Made by a program: the position numbers and the translations under genes
Notes under the pieces: generated by a model
Seen by the model: only the letters and a program-made list of their open reading frames with translations
Databases searched by the model: none
What the model was told of the DNA's origin: nothing
Assembly (NCBI GenBank): GCA_030704615.1
Contig: CM060732.1
Location: 15,376,001-15,440,000, forward strand
Reading direction: 5' to 3'
DNA: 64,000 bases
Source of the DNA: Takakia lepidozioides
Lineage: Eukaryota > Plantae > Bryophyta
Shown here: positions 13,311 to 24,470 of the stretch, in pieces
How the letters are laid out: every line of letters begins with the position of its first letter
Position numbering within the stretch: position 1 is the stretch's first letter

Positions 13311-14080
13311 CCGTCGATTTTCATCCGACATGGAGGGCTTCATCCGACATTTAATTGCGCAGTTGGGCAATAAATGTCCACCGCCGTCGGTTTTCATTCG
13401 GGCTGGCGACACATGGCTTCCTGGATACGTACCCTAAATCTCATGCTAATCTTGGCTTAACATGCTATTCGAGGCATGTACCCCAAAAACGGAGATCTTT
13501 TTCCATTTTGGCTGGGACTTATGCCGCCTGAAGGGCGTGGCTCTCCTGAGAGAGACCTCACATCCAGACCGCGGCGGAAGTTGAAAGCTCTGTACTACGG
13601 ACGACGGCCAATCTCTCGCATGGCCAAACTGAAGCTCCAGCAGGAGATTCCAGTGTCTTGCTCACAACCCGCACCAACTGAAGCCGAGTACTCTCAGGCA
13701 AGCCACTTCTGCTTTCGCTTTGTTCGATTTCTTTTTTGCTTTCGCTTTGTTGCCTCGCTTTGTTTTTGCATCTTCATCCTGGCTTCGCTGGATGAGTGAA
13801 CTTTAGATAGTTGAGTGAACCTTAGATTGTTTGCAATGCGTGTGCAAATCCGGCAGCTCTGGAGAAGGCTGTTTGTGCATGTCATTCTCAGGCAATGGTT
13901 GCATTTGTTTTCATTGTTGTTGCATGGCTCTCCATACTTCCTAAACTTGTTATGTTTTCATTTTTGTTACACGATTGTTGCTATGGTGGTTGCGCTGCTC
14001 GTTGCGATGCTGGTTTTTGCACCGATGTTGGTTTTCACGATTTTTGGGAATGACAGAGTGACGACGAGCCCGGCACGCTG

Positions 14081-17000
14081 GTGGTATCATCGACAGCTCC
14101 AACTCATCGCATGTTTGAATCGCCCAACTTGGGGCGAGAGGGGAAACTTAAACCTTTTGTTGGTGGACGGGAGGACTTGCAACGAGAGTACGACAGAATA
14201 GGCATTGGGGAGGTTGGTGCAGGCGGCATGGCAGGTGAAGGGCGTGAGGACATGAGGACAGCAGATCCGGCAATGGAGGTTGTTTATGCACATGCAGTAG
14301 GGCCCGCCCACGCAAAGAAAAAGAAGAAAGCTAAGCACATGCAATCCCCGGCGAGAGAGCCGTCACGGGCTGCGGAGGGGGGAGTGAGCAGTGCGCGCGA
14401 GGGTGTCAGTTCGCCTCAATCAAAGGTGGTCGTCCTGGAGGGCTCCCCTGCTGCTAGCCCTAGTAAGAAACAGAAAGCCCGTGAGAGGGCAAAAGAGAGG
14501 GCAAAAGAACAGACGAGACAGAATGCTAGCCAGGAGGAAAGAGAAAAGGCGTGACTATGTGACGAGGTACTTTCTGCTCTACAAAACCAACCTATTCTTT
14601 CGGGAGATAGCAGATGCTCGCCGGAGCCACGAGTTCACCAACCAGCCGAACGCGGACAAAGCAGCAATGCGCCTTCTGTACAGGTACATACGCGCTGCCT
14701 TTCTTTCAAGTCCTTGCATTTCAGGATGTTAGAGGCCTCATGTGGTGTTAGGGAAAATGGCGCCGAATTTCCAGTCAGGGCTCCGAAAATGGCTAAGTCC
14801 CTAGACTGGCTGGCCCTGAACTAGAAATTCGGCGCCATTTTCCAGTTCCAGGCCCTATTGCCGTTCAGGGACTTGGCCATTTTCGGGCTAAGTCCCTAGA
14901 CTGGCTGGCCCCGAACTAGAAATTCGGCGCCATTTTCCAGTTCCAGGCCCTATTGCCGTTCAGGGACTTGGCCATTTTCGGGCTAAGTCCCTAGACTGGC
15001 GGGCCCCGAACTGGAAATTCGGCGCCATTTTCCAGTTCTAGGCCCTATTGCCGTTCAGGGACTTGGCCATTTTCGGGCTAAGTCCCTAGACTGGCGGGCC
15101 CCGAACTGGAAATTCGGCGCCATTTTCCAGTTCTAGGCCCTATTGTCGTTCAGGGACTTCGCCATTTTCGGGCTAAGTCCCTAGACTGGCGGGCCCCGAA
15201 CTGGAAATTCGGCGCCATTTTCCAGTTCTAGGCCCTATTGCCGTTCAGGGACTTAGCCATTTTCGGGCTAAGTCCCTAGGGTGGCTGGCCCTGAACTGGA
15301 AATTCGGCGCCATTTTCCAGTTCTAGGCCCTATTGCCGTTCAGGGACTACCATTTTCGGGCTAAGCCCCTAGGGTGGCTCGCCCTGAACTGGAAATTCGG
15401 CGCCATTTTTCCAGTTCTAGGCCCTATTGCGGTTCTGGGACTTAGCCATCTTCGGGCCAAACCGGGAAAAATGGCGCCGAATTTCCAGTTCAGGGCTCCC
15501 AAGATGGCTAAGTCCCTAGGGTGGCAGTCACCGAAAACCGAAATTCGGCGCCATTTTTCCATTTCTAGGCCCACTCACATCCGCCCCAACCTGGGAAAAT
15601 GGTGCCGAATATGCATTTCAGGGACCTCATTGTGTTTTCATGAATGCAGGTACTGCAAGTTCTCCCTTTTGGAGAAAGGTCATCTGTCTTTCGAGCCACC
15701 ATTCTTCCTGGCATGGAGGAACCCTGGGGCTAACTCCATGTACACTGACGATATTGTGAAGGAGTGGCATCTGGAACATTTGCGTGATTGCCCTTGGTAT
15801 GTGGACCTTCCGCCCGACTCGCTCGACCCATCCGAGTTTCAATTGGAGCTGGATGCTGAATTCCGACGAAACCGGGCTCCGCTGCCTCCGTTGGGTGCAA
15901 AAGAGGCAAAAGCGCTTGCGAACTCCAGGAAAGCGGCAGAGCTTGCTCAGGCAGGAATTCAGGAGAAATTGCATGAGAAGAGTAAAGGCCAAAGGAAAAG
16001 GACAAGGAAACAAATGAGTGCAGTAACACCCAAAAATAAAAAAAACCATCGAGGCATCGGAGGAGGCGCAGGAGGGGACCCAAGAGAGTGACTCGGACGA
16101 CGACTTTGTTCAAGGTCCTACGAGTGCTGTTGCTCCTACTCAGTCACTGGTCGTCCGGGTTCCCAAGTCAGTTCGGAGTGGGACTGGCTCTGCCAAGAAG
16201 TTGGCATTTGAGGGCGAGCCTACACGGCGGTATTTGGCGGTGACGTTTACGCACAGGCCAAAGCTAGAACCTCCAACCATCATCCAATGCATCAATGAGA
16301 GCTTCCTTGACACTCTCGCTGCCAGGGCGAAGAAGGTGGCACACAGCAAGTCTCTGGCGGAGCAGAAGGGGAAAGCCAAGAAGAGGGCTCGCGGTATAGA
16401 GCCTAAAGACACCCCTGGTTTTGAAGCCATGATGGAATTCTTCACGGCTGTGAGCACGAATTGCAAGAGCGCTCGGGGGGGGGTTGAGGTGGAGAGAGCT
16501 TGCGACATGATTCTCCTCGACATTCCAAATGGGGAGCTGCTGGAGGGCCTGGATGGTGTGCCCACCTGGAACAGGTTTACTGAGGACTACTGGAAAGCCG
16601 GGTTTGGGCTGGCGGGGATGCTTCTGGATGACGGTGGATGTGTGGTTGTCCTTGCCACGAGAGGGAAGACCACAAAGAATGCGGTGGCAAGGTGGACACC
16701 GAAAAGTGTCACCCCAGTCCTCCTCAGAAAATGGTTCTGCATCAGTACACAGGGGTTGCGAACAGAGGGCCAAAGTGTAAGTTATCAATCTATTGCATTC
16801 ACTTCATATTGTGGTGTATGTTAAGTAGACCCTGGAGTTGATCCCTTCTTTGTTGGATGTGCAGACATTGGTGTTTGAGGCATATTGCTTTGTGAAGAGA
16901 GGGTCTACGTTCAAATTCCGCAACGATGGTCGTCTTGTTGATGCCGCTGTGGACCCTGTAACCTACGATGTCCTCTACAACTATGTGCCCCACTCCAGTA

Positions 17001-18001
17001 TGCCGAAGGACACAAAGACATGCAAACTGTGGCGGTACAGCCGGACCTGGAGCCCTGCTTTCATCCAAACCCTCATGGAGACGTGCTCGGATGTCCAAGG
17101 GCGGATTCTGGACCTCACATGCGGCACGGGTAAGCCTTCACGTGCTCAGTTTGTCCCCTGGCCCGCTTGCAATTGCATGCCGCAAGCTATTAACCGCCCG
17201 CTTTGTTCCTTAGGTGCTTCAATGTGGGCAGGGACGTTGTCCGACAGGCATGTGTTCGCCTTAAAGCCAGATACTGCCCTCCACAACTCGGAACTTGCAG
17301 CGGCTGAACGTCTGCCGAAAGAGGAAGAGGCATCCTCGGAGGATGAGGAAAAATCCGAGAAGGAGCAGGGGGAGGAAGTTGGGATCGAGGCCGAGGAGCC
17401 CCCGGTTTACGAGTGAGTGGTGGCATTGTAAGTTGCCTCTAGATTTCGTGAGGCACCTCCCTCCGCTCTCTTATTTCATTGAAAACCCTTTCTGGTTGTG
17501 CTGGTATTGACATTCTTGAAGTGGATTTGTTCTTACTGTAGGATGCCAAGTACTGCCGGAGGGACGTCTACACCGGAGTTCATGGGCAGGAGGAACGTGC
17601 CTTTTTTTGCCAGGGGGGATTTCATGCCTAGTCCAGAAATGGAGTATATCCTTCCTACTTATGCTGCCTGGCTTGCTTCCGTGTCCATTAGGAGGTGTTC
17701 CGAACCTAGTCGTGTACAACAGATTTTAGACGAGGCAAGCCTCAAGAAAATGAAGATGAGGGAGGAGGCAGCAGCTATTAGAGCCCGTCGGGCTCATAGA
17801 TTTGTGTTGGATTCTGCTGAGGAAAGTGGGGGAGAAGAGGCAGAAGATTCCCAGGAGGTGAGGTGGACAGTCCCCCAAGGAGAGGACGACATTTTTGAGA
17901 GGCATACTGCAACCGATGCATCACAGAGCTCGGAGGATGGGGGGGATGAGGGGGATGAGGAAGAAGGTGGGGCAAGTTCCTCGGAGGGTGTAGGAGAGTA
18001 G
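14081..18001 (+). pseudogene. Spliced cargo gene of MULE copy A with a beta-class amino-methyltransferase-like domain
   Basis: Phase-compatible GT-AG introns 14684-15649, 16777-16864, 17130-17213, 17413-17541; motifs DMILLDIPNG, LLDDGGCVVV and, after splicing, FIQTLMETCSDVQGRILDLTCGTGASMWAGTLSDRHVFALKPD; frameshifts near 14550 and 16040; 5' end uncertain. Confidence 0.7.
14750..15620. repeat. 95-bp tandem repeat (about 7 copies) inside a cargo-gene intron, carrying the GGAAATTCGGCGCC core
   Basis: CTAAGTCC starts at 14793, 14888, 14983, 15078, 15173, 15268. Confidence 0.9.
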
Positions 18002-19401
18002 TGCCCATTCCGGCTATGACAGTTAGAACACACTTGTATAGACGTGGCTTGCCACAAAATTTGCAATAAAATGTTGCATTTCAAGTCCACTGGTGCCACA
18101 TTCCAACTTCACATGACCCTATTTCCGTGCCTCCTAACCCTAAGGTCTATGTTGGCAAAAGCCTTCTCCAGGTTCTGAGTTTTATGTATCCCTGAGGTGT
18201 CTCATGAATCTTTGCATTGACCGGTGCTCTTACTTGTACTAAATGGTTCATTGAAACAGCCAGGCATACAATTCGACCTTAATTAGAGGAGCACTTTAGA
18301 CCAGCTTTGTTATTAAGCATCATGTGTTGGTGCTTGTTTTTCCAGATGGTCTGAGTAGATGAAACATGCATGTACTACATAACTCTAAGAGACTTAAACT
18401 GCAGTATGTCAACTTTCTATCCTCGAGTTCTAAGTTTCAACACAGGAGAAAGCTACTCTGAAATGGAGCCCTCAGCTGAGCCAGGCAAGTCATCTGCAGT
18501 AGTTCCCTTGTGTACATTGGTTGAGAAACGTCCAGTTGGTTCTATTCTTGGGGAAGCGCACTGAAAAACCGGGTGTTGGAGAAAAAGTTGTACATCCTTT
18601 GTTGTAAGAGGCCTTCTTGGCTACGTATATTTATGTAGGTGACTACTTAACCGTAACATGCTTTTGTTTTGTTTTTGCAGCAAACAAGCAAAGCTCCTGA
18701 TCCAGTGGCCAATGTTGCAGCTAGCGGTGTTGTGGTAAATGATCTCGAACATGGTGATGCTGTCAAGGTAGGTGCCAATGGTTCAAACTCTTGTTGTGTG
18801 TTGAGATGCAACTCGTACCAATGCCTCATGCATTGTGAAGCAAGAATTGTCTGCACCGTTATGTACTTTATATTTCCGGCACCTATGTGAAAGTGGACAC
18901 ATGTGTCTGAGCCACTAACGATCGTAGTCATGGGCTATACAACTGTGATATCTCTATAGTGGATCATTAGTTCTCTTGTTTTTGCAGAAGTTTTCTGTGT
19001 CATGGAAAATACAGATGTAAAACTTAGAAGAAAATTATATCAACCGCTATTCCCCGTAAGGAAATGACCCGGGCCCTTGAAAAGCTTACTGGTTCAGTAC
19101 TGTCCCTAGGAGGCAAAGTCAAAATGTTTCTAGTTGCCTGCATGGCTCTACTGGCCCAGTCCATTTAAAGAACATGAAAGATAGGTGGATATGGATGATG
19201 TCATGGTTTTGTTTGTGATTAGTTAGAAATAGTTATTTCTAACTAATTAGGACATTATACATTTATATTTGTATTTTGTTGGCATTGGGACTTCATTTGG
19301 TTCCATGTGCCAAGTGAGGTGGCGAACCTCACTTGGAATGTGGGGAGGTTATATCCACTATGCTTCTCAAAATTTCCGTCCTCTCCTTGGGGGACTGTCA
19401 A

Positions 19402-19870
19402 GTGGATACACGGCAACGTTGTTTAGAGATGATAAGGAGGAATCCAGATGGTGCTGTAACTGCTCCTACTTTTACAGGAAGATTTGTCCATGCAAAGTTT
19501 GCGGAGGCAACAACCACCCAGTTCTGGTTCTGCAGGCACGACATTATGACTTACGTGTATGGAAAGCCCAAGTACGGCATACAAACAATGCCAGAGGCTC
19601 CCCCGGTGTGGCCGGTGGAACCAGGCTGCGATCTAAGTCAGGTTGAGGCCGACGCCCTTACCGCCGCAGGATTTCGGATGGTGCAACGCACTGACGTCCC
19701 CAGACAACCATTTCCGCTTCCACAGCCTCCACCACCGACCCCTATGAGAGCAAGAACAATGGGACCCGACAGCTCTAAGCATCCTACACACCGTTGGGGG
19801 AAACCGAAGAGGCGGCGACCTCCCTCAAAAGTGAATGAGACAATGATGGGGAATGCACTTCGGATGAACT
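19402..19870 (+). pseudogene. C-terminal fragment of a subfamily-C MULE transposase
   Basis: VDTRQRCLEMIRRNPDGAV...GNALRMN is near-identical to the minus strand of about 51330-51797. Confidence 0.9.
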
Positions 19871-20690
19871 TGTCAAGTTAAATAAACACAATGTGAAACT
19901 AACTAGAATAAAACTAGTTATTTATATTTAACACTTGGATTTAGTTCAAGTGTTAAGTCAGGTGTCAAGTTTGAGCTTGACACCTGAACCATCTTATCTT
20001 CACGAGAGCGTCAGTCGCGCAGCTCATCTCTCTCGAGTTGAGCCTGCGCGACCGAGCTCCTTCATGCTTTAGAATCTGAGTGTGCTTATGTAGGGGTATA
20101 GGTTGTTGTGGGGTGGAGTCCCCATAGCTTGGGGTGCCCATGGCTCGACTATTATCTTAAAGAGTGATAGCGATGGATTTCATGTTTCTTGTGTTAAGAG
20201 TGTGTGTCCTTTAGCTTTCGTATCACGCTGTCAAGTTAAATAAACACAGTGTGAAACTAACTAGAATAAAACTAGTTATTTGTATTTAACACTTGGATTT
20301 AGTTCAAGTGTTAAGTCAGGTGTCAAGTTTGAGCTTGACACCTGAACCATCTTATCTTCACGAGAGCGTCAGTCGCGCAGCTCATCTCTCTCGAGTTGAG
20401 CCTGCGCAACCGAGCTCCTTCATGCTTTAGAATCTGAGTGTGCTTATTTAGGGGTATAGGTTGTTGTGGGGTGGAGTCCCCATAGCTTGGGGTGCCCCTG
20501 GCTCGACTATTATCTTAAAGAGTGATAGCGATGGATTTCATTTTTCTTGTGTTAAGAGTGTGTGTCCTTTAGCTTTCGTATCACTCGAGAGAGATGAGCT
20601 TGTTTCTGTGAGTGCCAGAGGTGAGTTTAGTTTTAGCACTTGTGGTTTTTGTTTTGAACGTGAGAGAAGTAATTATTTGTGTTCAGGTAA
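19871..20690 (+). repeat. LTR-like sequence with tandem duplication of its first 358 bp
   Basis: TGTCAAGTTA starts at 19871 and 20229, copies near-identical; begins with TG exactly where the MULE fragment stops; diverged homolog at 49169. Confidence 0.7.
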
Positions 20691-20889
20691 TTTTTAGTTA
20701 AAAAGATGTAAGTTTGGCCACTGGAGCGATGGTTGGAAAGCGCGGTGAAGCCTTCTACTGTCTATCAGCGTTGTCATCGTGGTTGCCATCATAAGGCTGA
20801 CGGTGTGACGATGGCAGCGCCTTCCAGTGCCTAGGTTGAACGTATATGCCCGGAGCATACTGGTCACTGCCAACCTGTGCATTACGCGC

Positions 20890-21123
20890 CACCGCCGGTG
20901 CGGAAGCCGATGACGAAAGAATATCCTTCTTGCTGAAGGAGTTGGATGGTAAAGATATTACGGAGGTGATTGCTTCCGGCAGGGAAAAGTTTGCATCTGT
21001 GCCATCAGGCGGAGGCAGCGGCGGCGGTGTTGTGGTGACTTCCGCTGGTGGAGGTGGAGGTGCTGTTGCTGCACCTGCCGGAGAAAAGGAGGAAGCCAAG
21101 GAGGAGTCTGATGATGCCATGGG
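20890..21123 (+). pseudogene. RPLP2: Intronless fragment of 60S acidic ribosomal protein P2
   Basis: [40 protein letters not shown]...[12 protein letters not shown]; lacks the N-terminus and the final FSLFD. Confidence 0.9.
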
Positions 21124-21420
21124 TGCGGCCTGGATGTGGTCATTGAAACGCGGGCTCCATTGCACAGAGTCTGCATTTTCTGGCCCTGGAGAGCCGACAT
21201 CCTCAACTGCCCATTCTTTTCCCTGATGCTGGATGATGTGACCGCCGGAGCTGCCACTGCTACAGCCGCTGCTGAAGTCGCTGCTAGAGCCGCCATTGTG
21301 GCTTGACAGGATGCAAAGGTGGTGGATGTGAGTTCATCATCTAGTGGAGACGTGGTAGCAAAGAAGACAAAGAAAAGAAACGGAGAGATGACGCAGAACT
21401 TCAGATCTGCAGATGTTTAG
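21124..21420 (-). pseudogene. Captured 5' UTR and plastid transit-peptide-like first exon of a host gene
   Basis: GCCACAATGGCG start at 21296; Ala/Ser/Thr-rich, nearly acid-free MAALAATSAAAVAVAAPAVTSSS...CNGARVSM; pyrimidine-rich leader. Confidence 0.55.
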
Positions 21421-23200
21421 ATCTTCACTGAACCGCAACATAGATAGATGAACTTGCTGCGGTTCAACCATGTTGACTAAGATCACTCCTTGAGCGGCCA
21501 CCACGGCCACCGAAAATGGCAACATATGTCACGGTCTGTTTTCAGTTGCACGTTTCGGTGGTGGTCAGCAGTGCACAAAAATAAAATATAGTCATTGCGG
21601 CTGGTGCTATAAGGCAGACCAAGATGTATATGGTGCACAGAGGTTGATGAATGAGGCCTAAGACAACAATCCGGGCCTGAAGTTTAAAAACCCCAAAACC
21701 TGTGATTACACCTGCGGGGACTTACTATTCGTCCTAGCATTGAATGTTGTGGAACTGGTCAGCCAATCCACATCCGAGTCACTGGTGGTTACTAGCAATG
21801 GGTGGGAAGCTGGTGTGCGACTATAGCCAGCCACTATGAAGGAGTAGTTGTGGGCTGGTTGATGTGAGGTTGTCTAGCTGTACATTGCGAGGAAGCAAGC
21901 AAATGGATGGACAGGGTCAGGCTAGATTTTCTAGCAAGTGCGTAAGCTGCTGTCCAACAAGGAAAAGCTGATCAGCAGTAGAAGCATGAGATGCGACGTG
22001 TGTGACTTGAGATAGATGTGCACAGGGAAGGACCAGCCGCGTAGCCTGCTTTTCAATCAGGTCTTGCATCAGGTCTAGGCGACAGTGGCGGCATTAATGT
22101 TTGTGAGACGGGGTGATCTCATATATTAACATTGCGGCCTAGTGAAGGAAGACCAGGTGAGGCTCTACATACATGACTAGCGGTGCTTTGATCCAGAGTT
22201 GCAGTTAGAAATTGTGAGACAAAAAAAAAAAAAAAAAAAAAAAAACATTGTAGTACATTTGGCATTTCGGCCACCAGCAGGTGCAGGTCCAATTATATCA
22301 CTTGGTCCTTGAAGTGGTACACCAGGCCGAGCTTCTCCCTTTTGATTTTGCGTTCAGTTGGAAGCCTGCTATCAGTTCTCAAGATGGGGCAGCTTCATCC
22401 CATCACCTGGGTTCTGTGCATGTCCCTGGTCATGGGGACGTAATAATCACCCTAAGCCAGTTTAGAGTGGTGTTTGAGGTCCTGGAGAGCTTGAGCGTTT
22501 ACAGCACCAGCGTATACTATAACCCTCTCGGCTATGGCGATCTTCAGGCTGCTCTTGGGGTATATGCCAATGGTCGATGAAGGTATTAGCACCACCTTGG
22601 AAAATCACAAATTGAACGTGATGGTCTTATTGCTGTGGTTGATATGTATTTGCCCCGTACATGAATGGTTGCGGAAAGCCATCCTGGTTGTGGTCACTCT
22701 GACAGGGCAGTAGACATGGGCTCTCATATAACAACAATAAGATGGCATTGATAGCAGCAGCTTCAACAAGGTGTTCTCGTTCTGAAAATCTGGCATACCA
22801 ATGAGGACATTACCTTTATCATGGTAATTCCACTGTGGAGAGATTGAGTTAAGAATCCAAGGAATTCTTAGGGAACCAGGGAACAGGGAACCAAGACAAG
22901 TATTGTATTTGTTTTGTCTTGTTAAAAAAATAAAAAATAATAAATAATAAAAAATAATGTTATGTTTAAAGAGCCTGGTTGGTCATATCTTTGTCAAATG
23001 AGCTCCGTTCGACTCAGTTTTTGAGGGGATAGCTGCAGAAAGGGGAAATCTACCTATCTAGACCTGGTTTTTGTTTTTTGGACTCTGCTAAAAATCTATG
23101 GAATTTTTAGAGTGTGAGTGTGCCATGAAAGATCCACAATTCTGTTTCTAGAACCTGTTCTGGTCTATATGAGAGACAAATTTGTGGATGTCCTCCTTGT

Positions 23201-23950
23201 ATGGCTGGGGGAAATGAGGACATAATTGAAGGGCAGGTCTCGTCTCTTAGCCTGTGCACACAAGGGGACAAGATTTATGTTTCCCAAGGAACTCAGACTG
23301 ATTTGAGTGGAGAACAGTTGGACGAGTTGATTGCATACTGGGAGTCAGGCATTAGCAGTAGACAACAAACTGCTGTAGTTGGCGTTGAGGGCCTCAATAT
23401 TGCCTTGGACAGTCAGAACTCTGTTGGAGCCAACAGTTCTGCAGCTGTAGGTGACATACCAAAGTGGGTGAAAGCTAGGCTTGGAACACAGCCAAAGACA
23501 GCCCCGGGGACCAAGGTGTTCAGCCACAAGGCCGTGGTGTACTGGAGCAGAGGAGCAGGGGCTACACAAGTTTGTGCAATCAGACATGGTTGCAGCCGGA
23601 CACGCTCTGCACAAGGCAATCACGAGCGGGGGTTCATTAGCAATGACAAGTTTGTTTTGCTTGAAGGAGATTCAATCATCCGCAATGAGGACACCCGCAA
23701 CCGTCTCAAAGCTTTCGAGTTGAGAGACTATCAGACCCTACCTTTGTTTTCTTTAGTGTTCAGTGAGCGGGAGATAGGGGAGTATTGTTTTGTCTCTACC
23801 TGGCAAAAAGAGGAGGAGGGTTGGTTAGAGCGAGCTACTGTAGCTTGGTACAAGGTTAGTGGCAGGTTTCTGGACATAGATATACCTCCTACACCTTACC
23901 ATCATGCAGAGCGAGGCACTTTGAGAGAAGTCTGGCAGTTGATAACATAG
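23201..23950 (+). CDS. Uninterrupted 249-aa ORF of unknown function upstream of gag
   Basis: ATG-to-stop ORF with globular composition, same strand, about 0.5 kb before gag. Confidence 0.5.
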   Translation: MAGGNEDIIEGQVSSLSLCTQGDKIYVSQGTQTDLSGEQLDELIAYWESGISSRQQTAVVGVEGLNIALDSQNSVGANSSAAVGDIPKWVKARLGTQPKTAPGTKVFSHKAVVYWSRGAGATQVCAIRHGCSRTRSAQGNHERGFISNDKFVLLEGDSIIRNEDTRNRLKAFELRDYQTLPLFSLVFSEREIGEYCFVSTWQKEEEGWLERATVAWYKVSGRFLDIDIPPTPYHHAERGTLREVWQLIT

Positions 23951-24470
23951 ATCAGGATTAGATCTTGCTTGGTCGGGCTTCTATTCTTCCCCTCCATCTC
24001 TGTACTATTTTCATTACCTTGTACTTGTAGTTGCCAAAGCCTCTCTTGGTGGAGGCCAGTCAGTCCGGGGTTTTGGGCTGGGATATTCTGCAGGATCAGC
24101 ATTGCAGCTGGATTTTGGTGTGGGGGTGTTGATGTTTTGATTTCTTGTGTTTGGATCCCCCCCAACACCTGCATGCTTGACTGTGCGCCATGTTGGTTTT
24201 GTGCGGGCGCTTGCTTTCATAGGGATTAGGCCGGATTTGATCACCGGTCAATCCTAGAGTATGTTGTCGGTGGTGAGGCTGGAGTGATGACCAACAAGAC
24301 CACCAGTGTTTCTTCTATGGTGAGACTGGGTTGATGACCAGCCAACCATAGGAGTTCTTGCGGTGGATGCAGGTGCAGGTGCCCTGAGCCATTGGGATAT
24401 GACCCTTAAACTGCAATAGGTGCCCACCCATGTCACTATTAGAATTAGTGCTAGAGCCTTATAGTGTCAC

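Noticed and set aside
19871-20690. Penelope pseudo-LTR with hammerhead ribozyme
   Set aside because: No CTGANGA...GAAA catalytic core with flanking stems was seen
21527-22245. Possible solo LTR or retrocopy ending in poly-A (22221-22245)
   Set aside because: Termini only loosely inverted; no TSD, PBS or second copy identified
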